Source: Patescibacteria group bacterium (GTDB lineage Bacteria > Patescibacteriota > Patescibacteriia > JAHIZJ01). Taken from it: DNA of 64,000 bases. The stretch spans positions 163,714 to 227,713 of the forward strand of contig JAQTMH010000002.1 in the NCBI GenBank assembly GCA_028714495.1, written 5' to 3'. The translations under genes were made by a program, and so were the position numbers. Positions 28,963-39,009 of this stretch are shown here, in pieces. The notes under the pieces were generated by a model. That model was given only the letters and a program-made list of their open reading frames with translations, had not been told where the DNA came from and searched no databases. The stretch's first letter is position 1, and each line of letters begins with the position of its first letter.

Positions 28963-29967
28963 ATGGATTATCTACTTTACTTCGCGATTATAATTTCCTT
29001 GATTTTTCTGGCCGCTTGGTTTAACCGAGGCCGCGGTTTTAATTTATCACGGGGCAAAACTCCCCTCCTAAATCTCTATGCCCGCGATCTGACTCAGCTC
29101 GCCCTCGAGGACAAGCTTGATCCGGTAATCGGCCGCAAGCATGAAATTAGCCGAGTAATCCAAATCCTCTCCCGCCGGACAAAAAACAATCCGGTTTTAA
29201 TCGGCGAATCCGGCGTGGGCAAAACCGCCATTGTCGAGGAACTGGCCGCTGAAGTCGCGAAAAACAACGTCCCTGGACCGCTGAAGAACAAACGGGTTCT
29301 CCAGCTCGACTTATCCGGCTTGGTTGCCGGAACAAAATACCGCGGCGAGTTTGAAAAGCGGCTTAAGGGCATCATGGACGAAATTGTAACGGCTCAACGA
29401 AACATTATCCTCTTTATTGACGAACTTCATACCCTAGCCGAAGCCGGCGAAGCCACTGGCGCGATTAACGCGGCCGATATCCTGAAACCGGCCTTGGCCC
29501 GGGGCGATCTCCAGGTTGTTGGCGCTTCGACTGACAGAGATTACAAAAAATACATTGAACACGATCAGACGCTAGAGCGGCGCTTCCAGTCCGTCTATGT
29601 CGAAGAGGCTACGCCTGAACAAACCCTGGAAATCTTAAAAGGCATTCGCAGCCGCTACGAGCAGCATCACCAGGTCGGCATCACCAACGAAGCGATTGAT
29701 GAAGCTGTTGAACTGGCCAAAACCGCCCTGCCCAAACGCACCTTCCCCGATAAGGCCATCGATATAGTTGACGAAGCCGCCGCCAAAGTCAGGCTCGACG
29801 CCATCAGCAACCCAGACAAATACAAAGGCGGAATTTATCCTCAAGTTACCAAAGACGATGTCCGCGAAGTGGTGGCTGAATGGGAAGACGATGCTGAGGC
29901 CGTGCACCGCCACGAAGCAAGCGCTTCCGCCCAAACCAATCCGACGGGCCCTACCGAACCGAGTTAA
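28963..29967 (+). CDS. Membrane-anchored Clp/Hsp100-type AAA+ ATPase containing only the D1 (NBD1) module
   Basis: N-terminal TM helix, then ClpA/B/C D1 blocks: [40 protein letters not shown], Walker [11 protein letters not shown], sensor [23 protein letters not shown]. There is no middle domain and no NBD2. The start lies 4 nt after the CorA-like stop. Confidence 0.6.
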   Translation: MDYLLYFAIIISLIFLAAWFNRGRGFNLSRGKTPLLNLYARDLTQLALEDKLDPVIGRKHEISRVIQILSRRTKNNPVLIGESGVGKTAIVEELAAEVAKNNVPGPLKNKRVLQLDLSGLVAGTKYRGEFEKRLKGIMDEIVTAQRNIILFIDELHTLAEAGEATGAINAADILKPALARGDLQVVGASTDRDYKKYIEHDQTLERRFQSVYVEEATPEQTLEILKGIRSRYEQHHQVGITNEAIDEAVELAKTALPKRTFPDKAIDIVDEAAAKVRLDAISNPDKYKGGIYPQVTKDDVREVVAEWEDDAEAVHRHEASASAQTNPTGPTEPS

Positions 29968-30040
29968 GCTTTTTGAAACAAATTTGTGCTTTTATATGGC
30001 ACTTTTTTTATTGCCTAATTAATGCTAAACTAAAGGGCGT

Positions 30041-31417
30041 ATGCTTCAACTTTTCAATACCCTGTCGCGCGAAAAAGAGATTTTTAAACCCCAGCGAAAA
30101 GATTGGGTTGGTTTGTATACCTGCGGCCTGACTGTCTATAACTACGCCCACATCGGCAATTTGAGAACCTACCTATTTGAAGATATCCTGAAAAGGGTTT
30201 TGCTGCTCAATGGCTACCAGGTCAAGCACGTGATGAATATTACCGATGTCGGCCATTTAACCTCTGACGCTGATGAAGGCGAAGACAAGATGGAACTGGG
30301 CGCGGAGCGTGAACATAAGACCGCGGCCGAGATCGCCAAATACTACACCAAGGCTTTCCAACAGGATTTGAAAGACCTCAATATTCTCAAACCGTCAATC
30401 TGGGCAAAAGCCACCGCGCATATTGCGGAGCAAATTGCCTTAATCAAAAAACTAGAGCAGAAAGGCTTCATTTACAAAACTAGCGACGGCGTCTATTTTG
30501 ATACCTCGAAATATCCTGATTACGGCAAAATGGCTAGACTCGACTTAAAAGGCTTGAAAGAAGGCGCGCGCGTTGCTAAAAATTCCGAGAAGCGGAATCC
30601 GACTGACTTTGCCCTCTGGAAATTCTCGCCCAAAGACAAAAAACGCCAAATGGAGTGGCCTTCGCCCTGGGGCAAGGGTTTTCCGGGTTGGCACATCGAG
30701 TGTTCGGCCATGAGCATGAAATACCTGGGCGATACCCTGGATTTGCACGCCGGCGGAATTGATCATATTCCGGTCCATCACACCAACGAAATCGCCCAGT
30801 CTGAAGCCGCCACTGGCAAGCAGTTTGTCCGCTACTGGCTGCATGGGGATTTTTTGGTTCTCAACGAGGAACGAATGGGCAAGTCAAAAGGCAACTTTAT
30901 CACCCTAAAAACTCTAAAGGAAAAAGGTCTTAACCCGCTCGCCTATCGGTACTTCACTCTACAAGCTCACTACCGCGCTAAGCTTAATTTTTCCTGGGAT
31001 GCTCTCTCTGGCGCCCAAGCCGCTCTCGAGAAATTATCCGAACGGGTGCGTGAACTCCCGGCCCCAAAAGGCAAATGCGAGAAATACGAAACTAAGTTTC
31101 TCGAAGCCATAAATGACGACTTAAATACTCCCCAAGCCCTAGCCGTCGTCTGGGATTTGCTCAAGTCGGATTGCCCGGATTCGGCTAAGCGCGCGGCTCT
31201 CAATCGTTTCGATAAAGTTCTAGGGCTCGGCCTAGGTGGCTTGAAGAAAAAGCGGGCGGCTTCCGTGCCTTCGGATATTCAAAAACTTATTGACCGTCGG
31301 GAAAAAGCTAGAAAAAAAAATGACTGGGCCGGAGCCGACGCTCTCCGCCAGGAAATCGAAAAAGCCGGCTTTGCCGTCGAGGACACTTCAAAAGGCCCAA
31401 AACTGAAAAAGAAATAG
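30041..31417 (+). CDS. cysS: Cysteinyl-tRNA synthetase
   Basis: HIGN (HIGH) motif, zinc-binding Cys residues, and KMGKSKGN (KMSKS). Confidence 0.9.
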   Translation: MLQLFNTLSREKEIFKPQRKDWVGLYTCGLTVYNYAHIGNLRTYLFEDILKRVLLLNGYQVKHVMNITDVGHLTSDADEGEDKMELGAEREHKTAAEIAKYYTKAFQQDLKDLNILKPSIWAKATAHIAEQIALIKKLEQKGFIYKTSDGVYFDTSKYPDYGKMARLDLKGLKEGARVAKNSEKRNPTDFALWKFSPKDKKRQMEWPSPWGKGFPGWHIECSAMSMKYLGDTLDLHAGGIDHIPVHHTNEIAQSEAATGKQFVRYWLHGDFLVLNEERMGKSKGNFITLKTLKEKGLNPLAYRYFTLQAHYRAKLNFSWDALSGAQAALEKLSERVRELPAPKGKCEKYETKFLEAINDDLNTPQALAVVWDLLKSDCPDSAKRAALNRFDKVLGLGLGGLKKKRAASVPSDIQKLIDRREKARKKNDWAGADALRQEIEKAGFAVEDTSKGPKLKKK

Positions 31418-31483
31418 TTTAGAATATATAACAAAAAATCCTCCCATCGAAAGTTTTTTATTTATCCTTATTCCTTAATTCTT

Positions 31484-31531
31484 CCCAGAACCACTTTGGG
31501 TTCTGGGAATCCAGCACCCTATGTGGTGCTG
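31484..31531. terminator. Two tandem hairpins between convergent genes, a candidate bidirectional terminator
   Basis: cccagaacc-actttg-ggttctggg at 31484-31507 and cagcacc-ctatgt-ggtgctg at 31512-31531, in an AT-rich context. Confidence 0.4.
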
Positions 31532-31556
31532 AATTAATTCTAAATTTTAAATTGCT

Positions 31557-32120
31557 CTATACCTCATACTTGAACTTTTTCTCTTTCCCGCTCTTCAGGA
31601 GAATCATCAAAACGATCGGCGCCACAATCCAGACAAAGCGACCGACCTCACTGGCGAATATTGTCTTAGTCAGGGGTGAAAGGCTATTGAGCGAACTGTC
31701 AGGCAGGAACGAAAGAGTAATGCTGATAAGCAAGCCGACGTGGAGAATGCTGAAAATCATTATTTGAAAGAAGCCGCCTTTTTTATCCGAAGAAGCGATC
31801 GTCTGCAAAAGGGCTGAGCGCGAAAGCAATAGGAACAAAACAATGAACACGCCCAGGAACATTGAGATCCGGATCACGAAAAACTGGTTAATGCCAACCT
31901 CTGTGGAAAAGTTGCTGATATACGGCGCGGTATTTACAACCGCCAAGGACATGTAAATACTTACCAATATCACCAATATCCTATCCCGGCCCAGGGATAA
32001 ACCGTATAAAAACGAAGCGATTATGAAAAACAGGACTATAAACAAGTCCCAGGTCGGTTTTGACCAATCAATATTGGCAATAAAAGTAGAGCTTGTGCTT
32101 GCCGCGACCGCGAAAATCAT
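31557..32120 (-). CDS. Small polytopic membrane protein (hypothetical)
   Basis: 187 aa with 4-5 hydrophobic helices. Confidence 0.45.
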   Translation of the reverse strand: MIFAVAASTSSTFIANIDWSKPTWDLFIVLFFIIASFLYGLSLGRDRILVILVSIYMSLAVVNTAPYISNFSTEVGINQFFVIRISMFLGVFIVLFLLLSRSALLQTIASSDKKGGFFQIMIFSILHVGLLISITLSFLPDSSLNSLSPLTKTIFASEVGRFVWIVAPIVLMILLKSGKEKKFKYEV

Positions 32121-32252
32121 AGATAAACACTGTTATTTTTGTTTGACTCCTTTATTATAGCATAAAATATAAAAAGGGGCAACCTATCGACCCCAAAAAA
32201 AATAAAGAACCGCCTAGATGCGGTGCTATTTTTCAATTCGAAAACGATTTAT

Positions 32253-32603
32253 TTATTTTTTCAAATGCTGATTCATGTTCCTGGCTGGCTGGATCCCCTG
32301 CTTTTCAATGTCCGATGGTAATAGTGTCGGTCTTATTTCTTCGCCCATTACCTCGCCGGCTATCTCTGGAACTGGCTTAGCTGTTTCTGGCGCCCTAATC
32401 CCATGGTATCTCACGCCCAAAACCTGCGCCTGGGCTATCTCCCGGGATTCCTTCTCACTCCCGGAAAACGAACCCAAAACCGCCAGCCCGGCAATCCAGG
32501 CAAAAAATATCAAGGCCAGCCAATGCACGTGGCTGTGGTAGGGAAAAGCCTTCCAGCGCCGGTACCAATTCAGTTTCTTGGTTTTAGGGTTTGGTTTATT
32601 CAT
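32253..32603 (-). CDS. Hypothetical membrane-anchored protein (start uncertain)
   Basis: The track ORF runs 32253-32738. Its upstream 45 codons overlap a terminator hairpin and a palindrome. The internal Met MNKPNPK... at 32603 is the likelier start. One TM helix is present. Confidence 0.35.
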   Translation of the reverse strand: MNKPNPKTKKLNWYRRWKAFPYHSHVHWLALIFFAWIAGLAVLGSFSGSEKESREIAQAQVLGVRYHGIRAPETAKPVPEIAGEVMGEEIRPTLLPSDIEKQGIQPARNMNQHLKK

Positions 32604-32683
32604 CAAGCCATTATAGGCCCAGATTGCTGAAATTGTCAAGCTGGGATGGGAATTGTTCTTCACCTTATCGCGATAAGGTGAAT

Positions 32684-32712
32684 TAAAAAAAGACCCCGTG
32701 GAACGGAGTCTT
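32684..32712 (-). terminator. Rho-independent terminator (minus strand)
   Basis: On the minus strand this reads aagactccgttccacggggtctt followed by tttttt, directly after the 32735 stop codon. Confidence 0.45.
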
Positions 32713-32734
32713 GGAACACGACTGCTGCCAGTTA

Positions 32735-33133
32735 TCAACCTTCACCTTCATCTTCATCGTCATCGTCACCCACATCAGGGTCCACTGGTTCAGCCCGGGG
32801 AACCTCGAAACGATCAAGATGAGTAATGATGGTGATGGAAAAGTGCGGCGCACCAGGGCCACGGCCATCAAGAAGCCACAAGCCCGTCTCCCGGTTCAGT
32901 ACGAAGTGGTGGTAGTAGGAGGCGCTGTTGCTGTTCGTTGTGAGCGTGCAACGTACTCCAGTCAACAAATCAGTATATACCACCACTGGACGAAGGACTT
33001 CTCCAGGCTCAAAGTTAGCCCACCGTTTCTCTGCCAGACAGACTGCCTCGATGACATCACCGGGTGTTGGTATGGTCACTTCTCCGACCCCGATCTTCTC
33101 AACGCGTCTTTGGTATTCATCCGGCATATTCAC
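32735..33133 (-). CDS. Hypothetical small protein with an acidic C-terminal tail (DPDVGDDDDEDEGEG), GC-rich with a strong SD
   Basis: The region is about 54% GC against about 45% for the window. AGGAGGTGAAT-ATG is a canonical SD, whereas most genes here have weak or no SD. It has its own terminator. Confidence 0.45.
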   Translation of the reverse strand: MNMPDEYQRRVEKIGVGEVTIPTPGDVIEAVCLAEKRWANFEPGEVLRPVVVYTDLLTGVRCTLTTNSNSASYYHHFVLNRETGLWLLDGRGPGAPHFSITIITHLDRFEVPRAEPVDPDVGDDDDEDEGEG

Positions 33134-33235
33134 CTCCTGGTAAAAGCCAAGTGCTACTGCTTCTTACTTTAACCCAAAAACAAAAAGAGCCAAGGCTATC
33201 TTAATAGTATAGTCTGAGACTGTCAAGAACTTTCT

Positions 33236-33856
33236 CTATACCATTAATATGGCCTGTTTGAGCTCCTTTATATTATGAGCCAGGTAGTCGGGCCTAGCTT
33301 TCTTCAGGCGTGATTCGCTGTGTACGCCCCAAACTACTCCTATCGTAAGCACGCCAGCCTCTTGGCCCACGAATATCTCATAGTCAGTGTCGCCGATAAA
33401 AATTGTCTCTTCCCTTTTTAATTGATGACTGCTGATTATTTGGTTCAGCCCGGCTAATTTATCGTGGGCTCCGCAAGCTACATCGTCTAACAACCCGTCT
33501 AATTTAAATTCTTTAATTTCGCTAAAAAGATAATCTTTGTGTTCCGAAGTGACAACGAATATTTTTAGATCCTTAGCCTTGCATTTTACGATAAATTCCC
33601 GTATTCCGCGATACGGTTTTGGTTTGGGTAGTTTCGGATAAACTGCTTTAAAAACAACGTCTTGCTGTTCTTTGGTTAAATCCGGCAAATAATTCTTATA
33701 AAAATCCATATAGGGCATCTGCCATTTTTCTTTGAATTCTTCGAACGACAACCTCTTTCCTCCGTAGGTTTTCAGAACAGTCATAGCTGCTCGATAAGTC
33801 AATTTCGCGTTATCTGATATTACGCCTGACCAGTCAAAAATTATATTGTTGATCAT
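33236..33856 (-). CDS. HAD-superfamily hydrolase (phosphatase-like)
   Basis: N-terminal IIFDWSGVISDN (HAD motif I variant), TSEHK, and C-terminal GDTDYEI (motif IV). Confidence 0.55.
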   Translation of the reverse strand: MINNIIFDWSGVISDNAKLTYRAAMTVLKTYGGKRLSFEEFKEKWQMPYMDFYKNYLPDLTKEQQDVVFKAVYPKLPKPKPYRGIREFIVKCKAKDLKIFVVTSEHKDYLFSEIKEFKLDGLLDDVACGAHDKLAGLNQIISSHQLKREETIFIGDTDYEIFVGQEAGVLTIGVVWGVHSESRLKKARPDYLAHNIKELKQAILMV

Positions 33857-33933
33857 AAAAAGCTAAAATTGATAACTCGAACAATCCGCTATCCAAAATT
33901 TTGAATTATTAATTTTGAATTTTTAATTTCCTC

Positions 33934-35028
33934 TTATTCCCCCTCCTCTGCCAATCCCTCCAATAGCTGTTTGGCTTTGCGCGAGAGGTGCTTGGGTACG
34001 CGCACGTGAACCGTAATCATCTGATCGCCTCTGCCCCTGCCCCGCAGTCTTGGCACGCCGCGATCAGCCAGACGAAACACTTTTCCCGACGGAGTGCCTG
34101 CTGGAATTTTTAAATTTACTTCACCCTCAAGCGTATTTATGGCTACCTTGCCGCCAAGCGCGGCCACAGTGTAGGGAATCTCAACCGTCGAGATAATATT
34201 GTCGCCTTCGCGTTTGAATTCATGGTCCTCGTTCACCCGCACCCGGATAAACAAATCGCCGGCCGGACCGCCGTTCTTTCCAGCCTCACCTCGGCCAGTC
34301 AGGCGGATCGTTTGTCCGTCTGAAATGCCGGCCGGTATCTTTACCTCAAAGTTGTCATAATCCTTGACCGCGCCCTGGCCATGGCATTTTTTGCATTTCT
34401 GGGTTGCGTGCTTGCCTTCTCCCGAGCACTCTGGGCAAACCCGGGCAGTGCGAAATTGCCCTAGAATCGTCGACTGAACCTGCTCAACCTGGCCAGAGCC
34501 TCCGCACTTGGGGCAAGTTTCTATTTTGGTTCCCGGTTCTGCGCCATTGCCAGAGCAGTGTGGGCAAGTCATCGTTTTATAAAGCTTCAGGGGCTTAGCC
34601 ACGCCGAAAACCGCCTCGCGAAATTCCAGGGGCAAATCAACTTCGATGTCCCCGCCCCTTTTTGTCCTGGTCCGTCTGCGGCCGCCGCCCATGCCAAAGA
34701 TATCGCCAAAGACGTCTCCCAAATTCCCGAAACCCAGGTCCTCGAAATTGACGTTAGTTCTGTAGCCATTGGCCCCGCCGCCCTGCGCGAAATCCTGCCA
34801 ATTAAAACCCTGCGACCCGTCAAATGACTGGCCGAATTGGTCGTACTGGGCGCGTTTGTCCTTGTTCGAAAGGGTTTGGTAGGCTTCGTTTATCTCCTTG
34901 ATTTTCGTTTCGTCGCCGCCGGTTTTGTCCGGGTGATGCTGATGGGCTAATTTTCTGTAGGCAGCCTTAATTTCGGCCTCTGAAGCCTCCCGCGAAACGC
35001 CTAATATTTCATAATAATCCTTAGCCAA
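33934..35028 (-). CDS. dnaJ: Chaperone DnaJ
   Basis: J-domain YYEILGVSREASEAEIKAAYRKLAHQHHPD, G/F-rich linker, four CxxCxGxG zinc-finger repeats, and a C-terminal substrate-binding domain. Confidence 0.9.
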   Translation of the reverse strand: MAKDYYEILGVSREASEAEIKAAYRKLAHQHHPDKTGGDETKIKEINEAYQTLSNKDKRAQYDQFGQSFDGSQGFNWQDFAQGGGANGYRTNVNFEDLGFGNLGDVFGDIFGMGGGRRRTRTKRGGDIEVDLPLEFREAVFGVAKPLKLYKTMTCPHCSGNGAEPGTKIETCPKCGGSGQVEQVQSTILGQFRTARVCPECSGEGKHATQKCKKCHGQGAVKDYDNFEVKIPAGISDGQTIRLTGRGEAGKNGGPAGDLFIRVRVNEDHEFKREGDNIISTVEIPYTVAALGGKVAINTLEGEVNLKIPAGTPSGKVFRLADRGVPRLRGRGRGDQMITVHVRVPKHLSRKAKQLLEGLAEEGE

Positions 35029-35038
35029 GTGAAAAATT

Positions 35039-36193
35039 TTATAGCTTAATAATCTGGCACTCCTTCATTTCTTTTTCGTACCGGACAAACTTGGTCAGCC
35101 GCAATATTCCGTAAACAACAAAAGCCAGAAACCGGGTAATCCAGCAGTAAACAAAACCGAAAATCTGCAAAAGGAAATAAACCGTCAAAGCCAAGATCGG
35201 CGGAATGAGATATTTAAACGGCTTGAAGAGATCGTCGAAATAAGCCTCAAGAGCTTTCTCCAAAACCGTTCCCATTTGATCATCGCCGTCGGCTTCGATA
35301 TTCAAAGCCTTGACCAGTTGTTCCCTGGCCTTGGCAATCTGCTGTCCAACCATCTGATCTTTGATATCCTGAAAAACCTTTTTGATGTATTCCGGGTCTT
35401 TCTTTACCTGTTCTTCAAAATCAGGCGGGATTGCCGCTTTCAGCTCATCAGGCGAAATACCCTGAAGTTCATTAGTCATGCCAGAGAGATCCAGGCCGAA
35501 AAATGAGCTCTGGTCTCCGCCTATCGGTAAATTCAATTCTGACTGTTCTTCGGCGGCTTCAACTTTTTGCGCTCCTTCGCTGCCTTGGGCCAGGAGCAAT
35601 AGAATAAATTCATCCAATGTCATTTTCGGGTTGTACCCGGGTACTTGCATGACCAAAATCTGATTGCCCGCGTTGGCCGTGAATTTTGACAGCACCTCGA
35701 CCGAATCAAGCCCCTCAGTACCCTTCGTGGTCATCGCTCCGTAAAAGCTGATGGAAATCGCCAGAAGCAGCGCGCTGATGCACAAGCCTAGGCCATTACG
35801 CAAAAATTTGACTATTGATGCCTTGATCCGCGCTCTTTTCTCCTCCCTAATCTTAAAGCCGAACTGCAGCAGCCCCAGGAACCAGATGCCGGCAGCCACT
35901 AAAGTGTATAGGCTATCTCCCAAAGCCACCAGAAGGGTCATCGGCAAAACCGCGCTAGTCAAAACCATAAACCACCTCTTCTGCTCAACCGCCGCTAAAA
36001 TCCCGAAAATCGCCAGAGCCAATAACAGAAAAAATAGGCTGGCGACAAAATTCCAAAGGGTGGTCATGGTCAGCGGTTTGAAAACGAACTGCATGCCACC
36101 GAATGTCTCGCCCAAAAACCACCAGCCGGCCAGGCTCGTTAAGATCAAAACCAGCCCTAAGCCGACTAATTTAATAATCTCCCTTTGTTTCAT
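35039..36193 (-). CDS. Polytopic membrane protein (hypothetical)
   Basis: 384 aa. N- and C-terminal TM helix clusters flank a hydrophilic central region. It lies between dnaJ and dnaK. Confidence 0.45.
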   Translation of the reverse strand: MKQREIIKLVGLGLVLILTSLAGWWFLGETFGGMQFVFKPLTMTTLWNFVASLFFLLLALAIFGILAAVEQKRWFMVLTSAVLPMTLLVALGDSLYTLVAAGIWFLGLLQFGFKIREEKRARIKASIVKFLRNGLGLCISALLLAISISFYGAMTTKGTEGLDSVEVLSKFTANAGNQILVMQVPGYNPKMTLDEFILLLLAQGSEGAQKVEAAEEQSELNLPIGGDQSSFFGLDLSGMTNELQGISPDELKAAIPPDFEEQVKKDPEYIKKVFQDIKDQMVGQQIAKAREQLVKALNIEADGDDQMGTVLEKALEAYFDDLFKPFKYLIPPILALTVYFLLQIFGFVYCWITRFLAFVVYGILRLTKFVRYEKEMKECQIIKL

Positions 36194-36226
36194 AGTATTC
36201 CGATTTGATTTTAATAATTCGCTTTT

Positions 36227-36541
36227 TTAAACGGTCTTAAAACCGATCGGCTCTGGCGCCTGGGCTTCCTCGATCTTGCCAAACTGGTTCTCGTACTTCT
36301 TGATATTGTCCTGGAGCGCCGAGATAATCCGCTTCATGTGCCCGGGCGAAATGATAATCCGGCCGGTCACGATGCCGGCGCCCTGGTGCGGGTAGATGTT
36401 CATGAAATCGAGCGTGAATTCCTCCTTTGAGTGTACCACGGACATGGCGTTCGCATAAACTCCGCGCATAATTTCATCCGTAACTTTAATCTGGATTTGT
36501 CGGGTTTGTTGTTGGGCATTTGGATTCGGTTGATTTTGCAT
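36227..36541 (-). CDS. Small conserved-looking hypothetical protein (104 aa)
   Basis: Gln-rich N-terminus, then IKVTDEIMRGVYANAMSVVHSKEEFTLDF. It sits between dnaK and the membrane protein and may match a small DUF family; the fold is not certain. Confidence 0.4.
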   Translation of the reverse strand: MQNQPNPNAQQQTRQIQIKVTDEIMRGVYANAMSVVHSKEEFTLDFMNIYPHQGAGIVTGRIIISPGHMKRIISALQDNIKKYENQFGKIEEAQAPEPIGFKTV

Positions 36542-36602
36542 TGGTATTGTTGTTAATGAATAATTTTATTTTTAGTCTCCGTGGGCGGGTCCATCCACCC
36601 TC

Positions 36603-36780
36603 GTAGGCGAGGATGGCCATCCTCGCCTACAATGGCCTAGGATGATCATCCTCGCCTACGGTGACGTTACCTCGTCATCGTAAGCGGGCAAACGTTTGCC
36701 CGCTTGCTGATGTATTATCGTCTTCGTAGGCGGACAAGCGCTTGTCCGCCTACAATGGCCTAGGATGATCATCCTAGGCC
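36603..36780. repeat. Cluster of REP-like perfect palindromes with GTAGGCG arms
   Basis: gtaggcgaggatggccatcctcgcctac (36603-36630), a chimeric ggcctaggatgatcatcctcgcctacgg, gcgggcaaacgtttgcccgc (36684-36703), gtaggcggacaagcgcttgtccgcctac (36726-36753), and ggcctaggatgatcatcctaggcc (36757-36780). Confidence 0.6.
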
Positions 36781-36794
36781 ACTTCCAAAATTAT

Positions 36795-38699
36795 TTACTT
36801 TTTCACATCCTCAACTTCACCCTCAACCGGACCCTCGTCCTTTTTCTTCTCGTCTCCACCTTTGGCGGACTTCCCATCCGCGCCGGGTTGGGCACCAGGC
36901 TGATTGCCGTACATGGCCGCGCCAATCTTTTGGATTGCCTGGCTTAATTCGTCAGTGGCTTTCTTGATATCTTCAAGGCTGTCATGATCTTTGACTTTTT
37001 TCAAAGCTTCGAGTTTCGACTCAATGTCTTTTTTATCATCGGCCTTTACCTTGTCCTTGGCATCGCGCAACGACTTCTCGGTGGTGTAAATCAAGGCGTC
37101 AGCCGTGTTCCTGGCATCAATCAGCTCGCGCTTTTTCTTATCCTCAACCGCGTGGGCTTCAGCGTCCTTTTGCATCTTGGCCACCTCGTCTTTGTTTAAG
37201 CTGGTCGAGGCGGTGATGGTGATTTTCTGCGATTTGCTCGTGGCCTTGTCTTTGGCGGTTACGTTCAATATGCCGTTCGCGTCAATGTCAAAAGTAACCT
37301 CGATCTGAGGCATGCCTCTGGGCGCCGGCACTATGCCGTCAAGAATGAACCGGCCCAGGGTTTTATTGTCATGAGCCATTTCACGCTCGCCCTGGAGCAC
37401 GTGGATCTCCACGCTGGGCTGATTGTCAGCCGCCGTGGAAAAAACCTGCGTCTTCGCGGTCGGAATCGTGGTATTGCGTTCAATCAGAGGCGTACGCACA
37501 CCGCCCAGGGTCTCAATGCCCAGGGTCAACGGAGTAACATCCAGCAATAACACGTCTTTCACGTCGCCCTGGAGCACGCCGGCTTGAACCGCGGCGCCAA
37601 TAGCCACCACTTCGTCTGGATTAACGCCCATGTGAGGCTTCTTGCCAAAGAATTTCTCGACTGTCTGAACCACCAGAGGCATGCGGGTCTGGCCGCCGAC
37701 TAGAACAACCTCTTCGATATCTGAAGTTTTTAGTTTGGCGTCAACCAAAGCCTTTTTCACCGGTTCAAGAGTTGCTTCAACCAAATCGCCCACCAGCTCT
37801 TCCAGCTTGGCCCGGGTCATCTTCAAGACCAAATGTTTGGGTCCTGAAGAATCCTGGGTGATAAACGGCTGGTTGATTTCAGTTTCAGCGGCTGTGGAAA
37901 GCTCATGCTTGGCTTTTTCCGCTGCCTCTTTCAGCCGTTGAAGCGCCAGTGGATCTTTTGACAGGTCAATGCCCTGATCTTTTTTAAATTCGCTGATTAT
38001 CCAGTCAATTATCTTGCGGTCAAAATCGTCTCCGCCCAGATGAGTGTCTCCGTTGGTTGACAGCACATGCACTGTATCCGCATCCACGTCCAATATCGAA
38101 ATATCAAACGTGCCGCCGCCCAAGTCATAAACCGCTATCTGCTGGTTTTTCTTCTTGTCAAAACCATAGGCGAGCGCCGCCGCCGTCGGTTCGTTGATTA
38201 TCCGCTTCACGTTGAGGCCGGCGATCTTGCCCGCGTCTTTCGTGGCCTGGCGCTGGGAATCGTCAAAATAAGCCGGTACCGTAATTACGGCGTCGGTTAT
38301 TGTCTCGCCCAGACGTTCTTCGGCGTCGGCTTTCAGCTTCTGAAGAATCATCGCGGAGATTTCCTGCGGCGAGTAATCCTTATCGCCCATAGTCACGGCC
38401 ACGCCTTCGCCGGCTTGCTTCATTTTATAGGGCAAGACCTTGAGATCGCGTTGAACTTCCGGATCTTCGAAGCGGCGGCCGATCAGCCGTTTAATCGAGA
38501 AAATGGTGTTCTCGTGATTGGTCACGGCCTGACGTTTGGCGGTCATGCCGACCAAACGCTCCCCGCTTTTCGTAATCGTTACCACTGACGGGGTGGTTCG
38601 GGCGCCCTCTTTATTTTCCAAAATCTTGGGCTTGCCGCCTTCGATTACCGCCATCGCGGAATTTGTCGTGCCTAAATCGATACCTAAAATCTTTGACAT
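36795..38699 (-). CDS. dnaK: Chaperone DnaK (Hsp70)
   Basis: [33 protein letters not shown], and a C-terminal lid with EEVD-like charged tail. Confidence 0.95.
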   Translation of the reverse strand: MSKILGIDLGTTNSAMAVIEGGKPKILENKEGARTTPSVVTITKSGERLVGMTAKRQAVTNHENTIFSIKRLIGRRFEDPEVQRDLKVLPYKMKQAGEGVAVTMGDKDYSPQEISAMILQKLKADAEERLGETITDAVITVPAYFDDSQRQATKDAGKIAGLNVKRIINEPTAAALAYGFDKKKNQQIAVYDLGGGTFDISILDVDADTVHVLSTNGDTHLGGDDFDRKIIDWIISEFKKDQGIDLSKDPLALQRLKEAAEKAKHELSTAAETEINQPFITQDSSGPKHLVLKMTRAKLEELVGDLVEATLEPVKKALVDAKLKTSDIEEVVLVGGQTRMPLVVQTVEKFFGKKPHMGVNPDEVVAIGAAVQAGVLQGDVKDVLLLDVTPLTLGIETLGGVRTPLIERNTTIPTAKTQVFSTAADNQPSVEIHVLQGEREMAHDNKTLGRFILDGIVPAPRGMPQIEVTFDIDANGILNVTAKDKATSKSQKITITASTSLNKDEVAKMQKDAEAHAVEDKKKRELIDARNTADALIYTTEKSLRDAKDKVKADDKKDIESKLEALKKVKDHDSLEDIKKATDELSQAIQKIGAAMYGNQPGAQPGADGKSAKGGDEKKKDEGPVEGEVEDVKK

Positions 38700-38738
38700 T
38701 GTTGATTTCTCCTTATTATCCTTGATTATTAATATTTT

Positions 38739-38927
38739 TTACTTGCGCTTAAAATTGGGATTGGTCCGGAAATATCCGTCGACGTGACCGCCTTTTCCCG
38801 TGTATCCCGAGACCCAGATCATTTTCCGGGTGCGGGCCTTCGGCTCTTGGTGCGCGTCCGAACGGCTGTATTTCCGCCCGGTTGTCCGCTCTTTTTTCCA
38901 ACTGCCTGATGATTTTTTCATATCCAT
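38739..38927 (-). CDS. Possible small basic protein (62 aa) between hsp20 and dnaK; may be non-coding
   Basis: ORF in a GC-rich spacer that is open in two frames. There is no SD and no recognisable family. Confidence 0.2.
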   Translation of the reverse strand: MDMKKSSGSWKKERTTGRKYSRSDAHQEPKARTRKMIWVSGYTGKGGHVDGYFRTNPNFKRK

Positions 38928-39009
38928 ATTGGTTAATAATCATCCCGTGACCCGGGCCCTTCCGCTCACCTTTCAGGTGAAATAGAAGACGGACCGGGGT
39001 ACTGAATGA

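Noticed and set aside
32711-33172. A plus-strand 153-aa ORF overlapping the acidic-tail gene.
   Set aside because: The minus-strand frame has a canonical SD, a terminator and protein-like composition. The plus ORF is Cys/Val-rich shadow sequence in GC-rich DNA.
38739-38943. Two overlapping 62-64 codon ORFs in the hsp20-dnaK spacer.
   Set aside because: Both frames are open only because of local GC richness, and neither has an SD. One is listed as a low-confidence feature. Non-coding leader sequence is equally likely.
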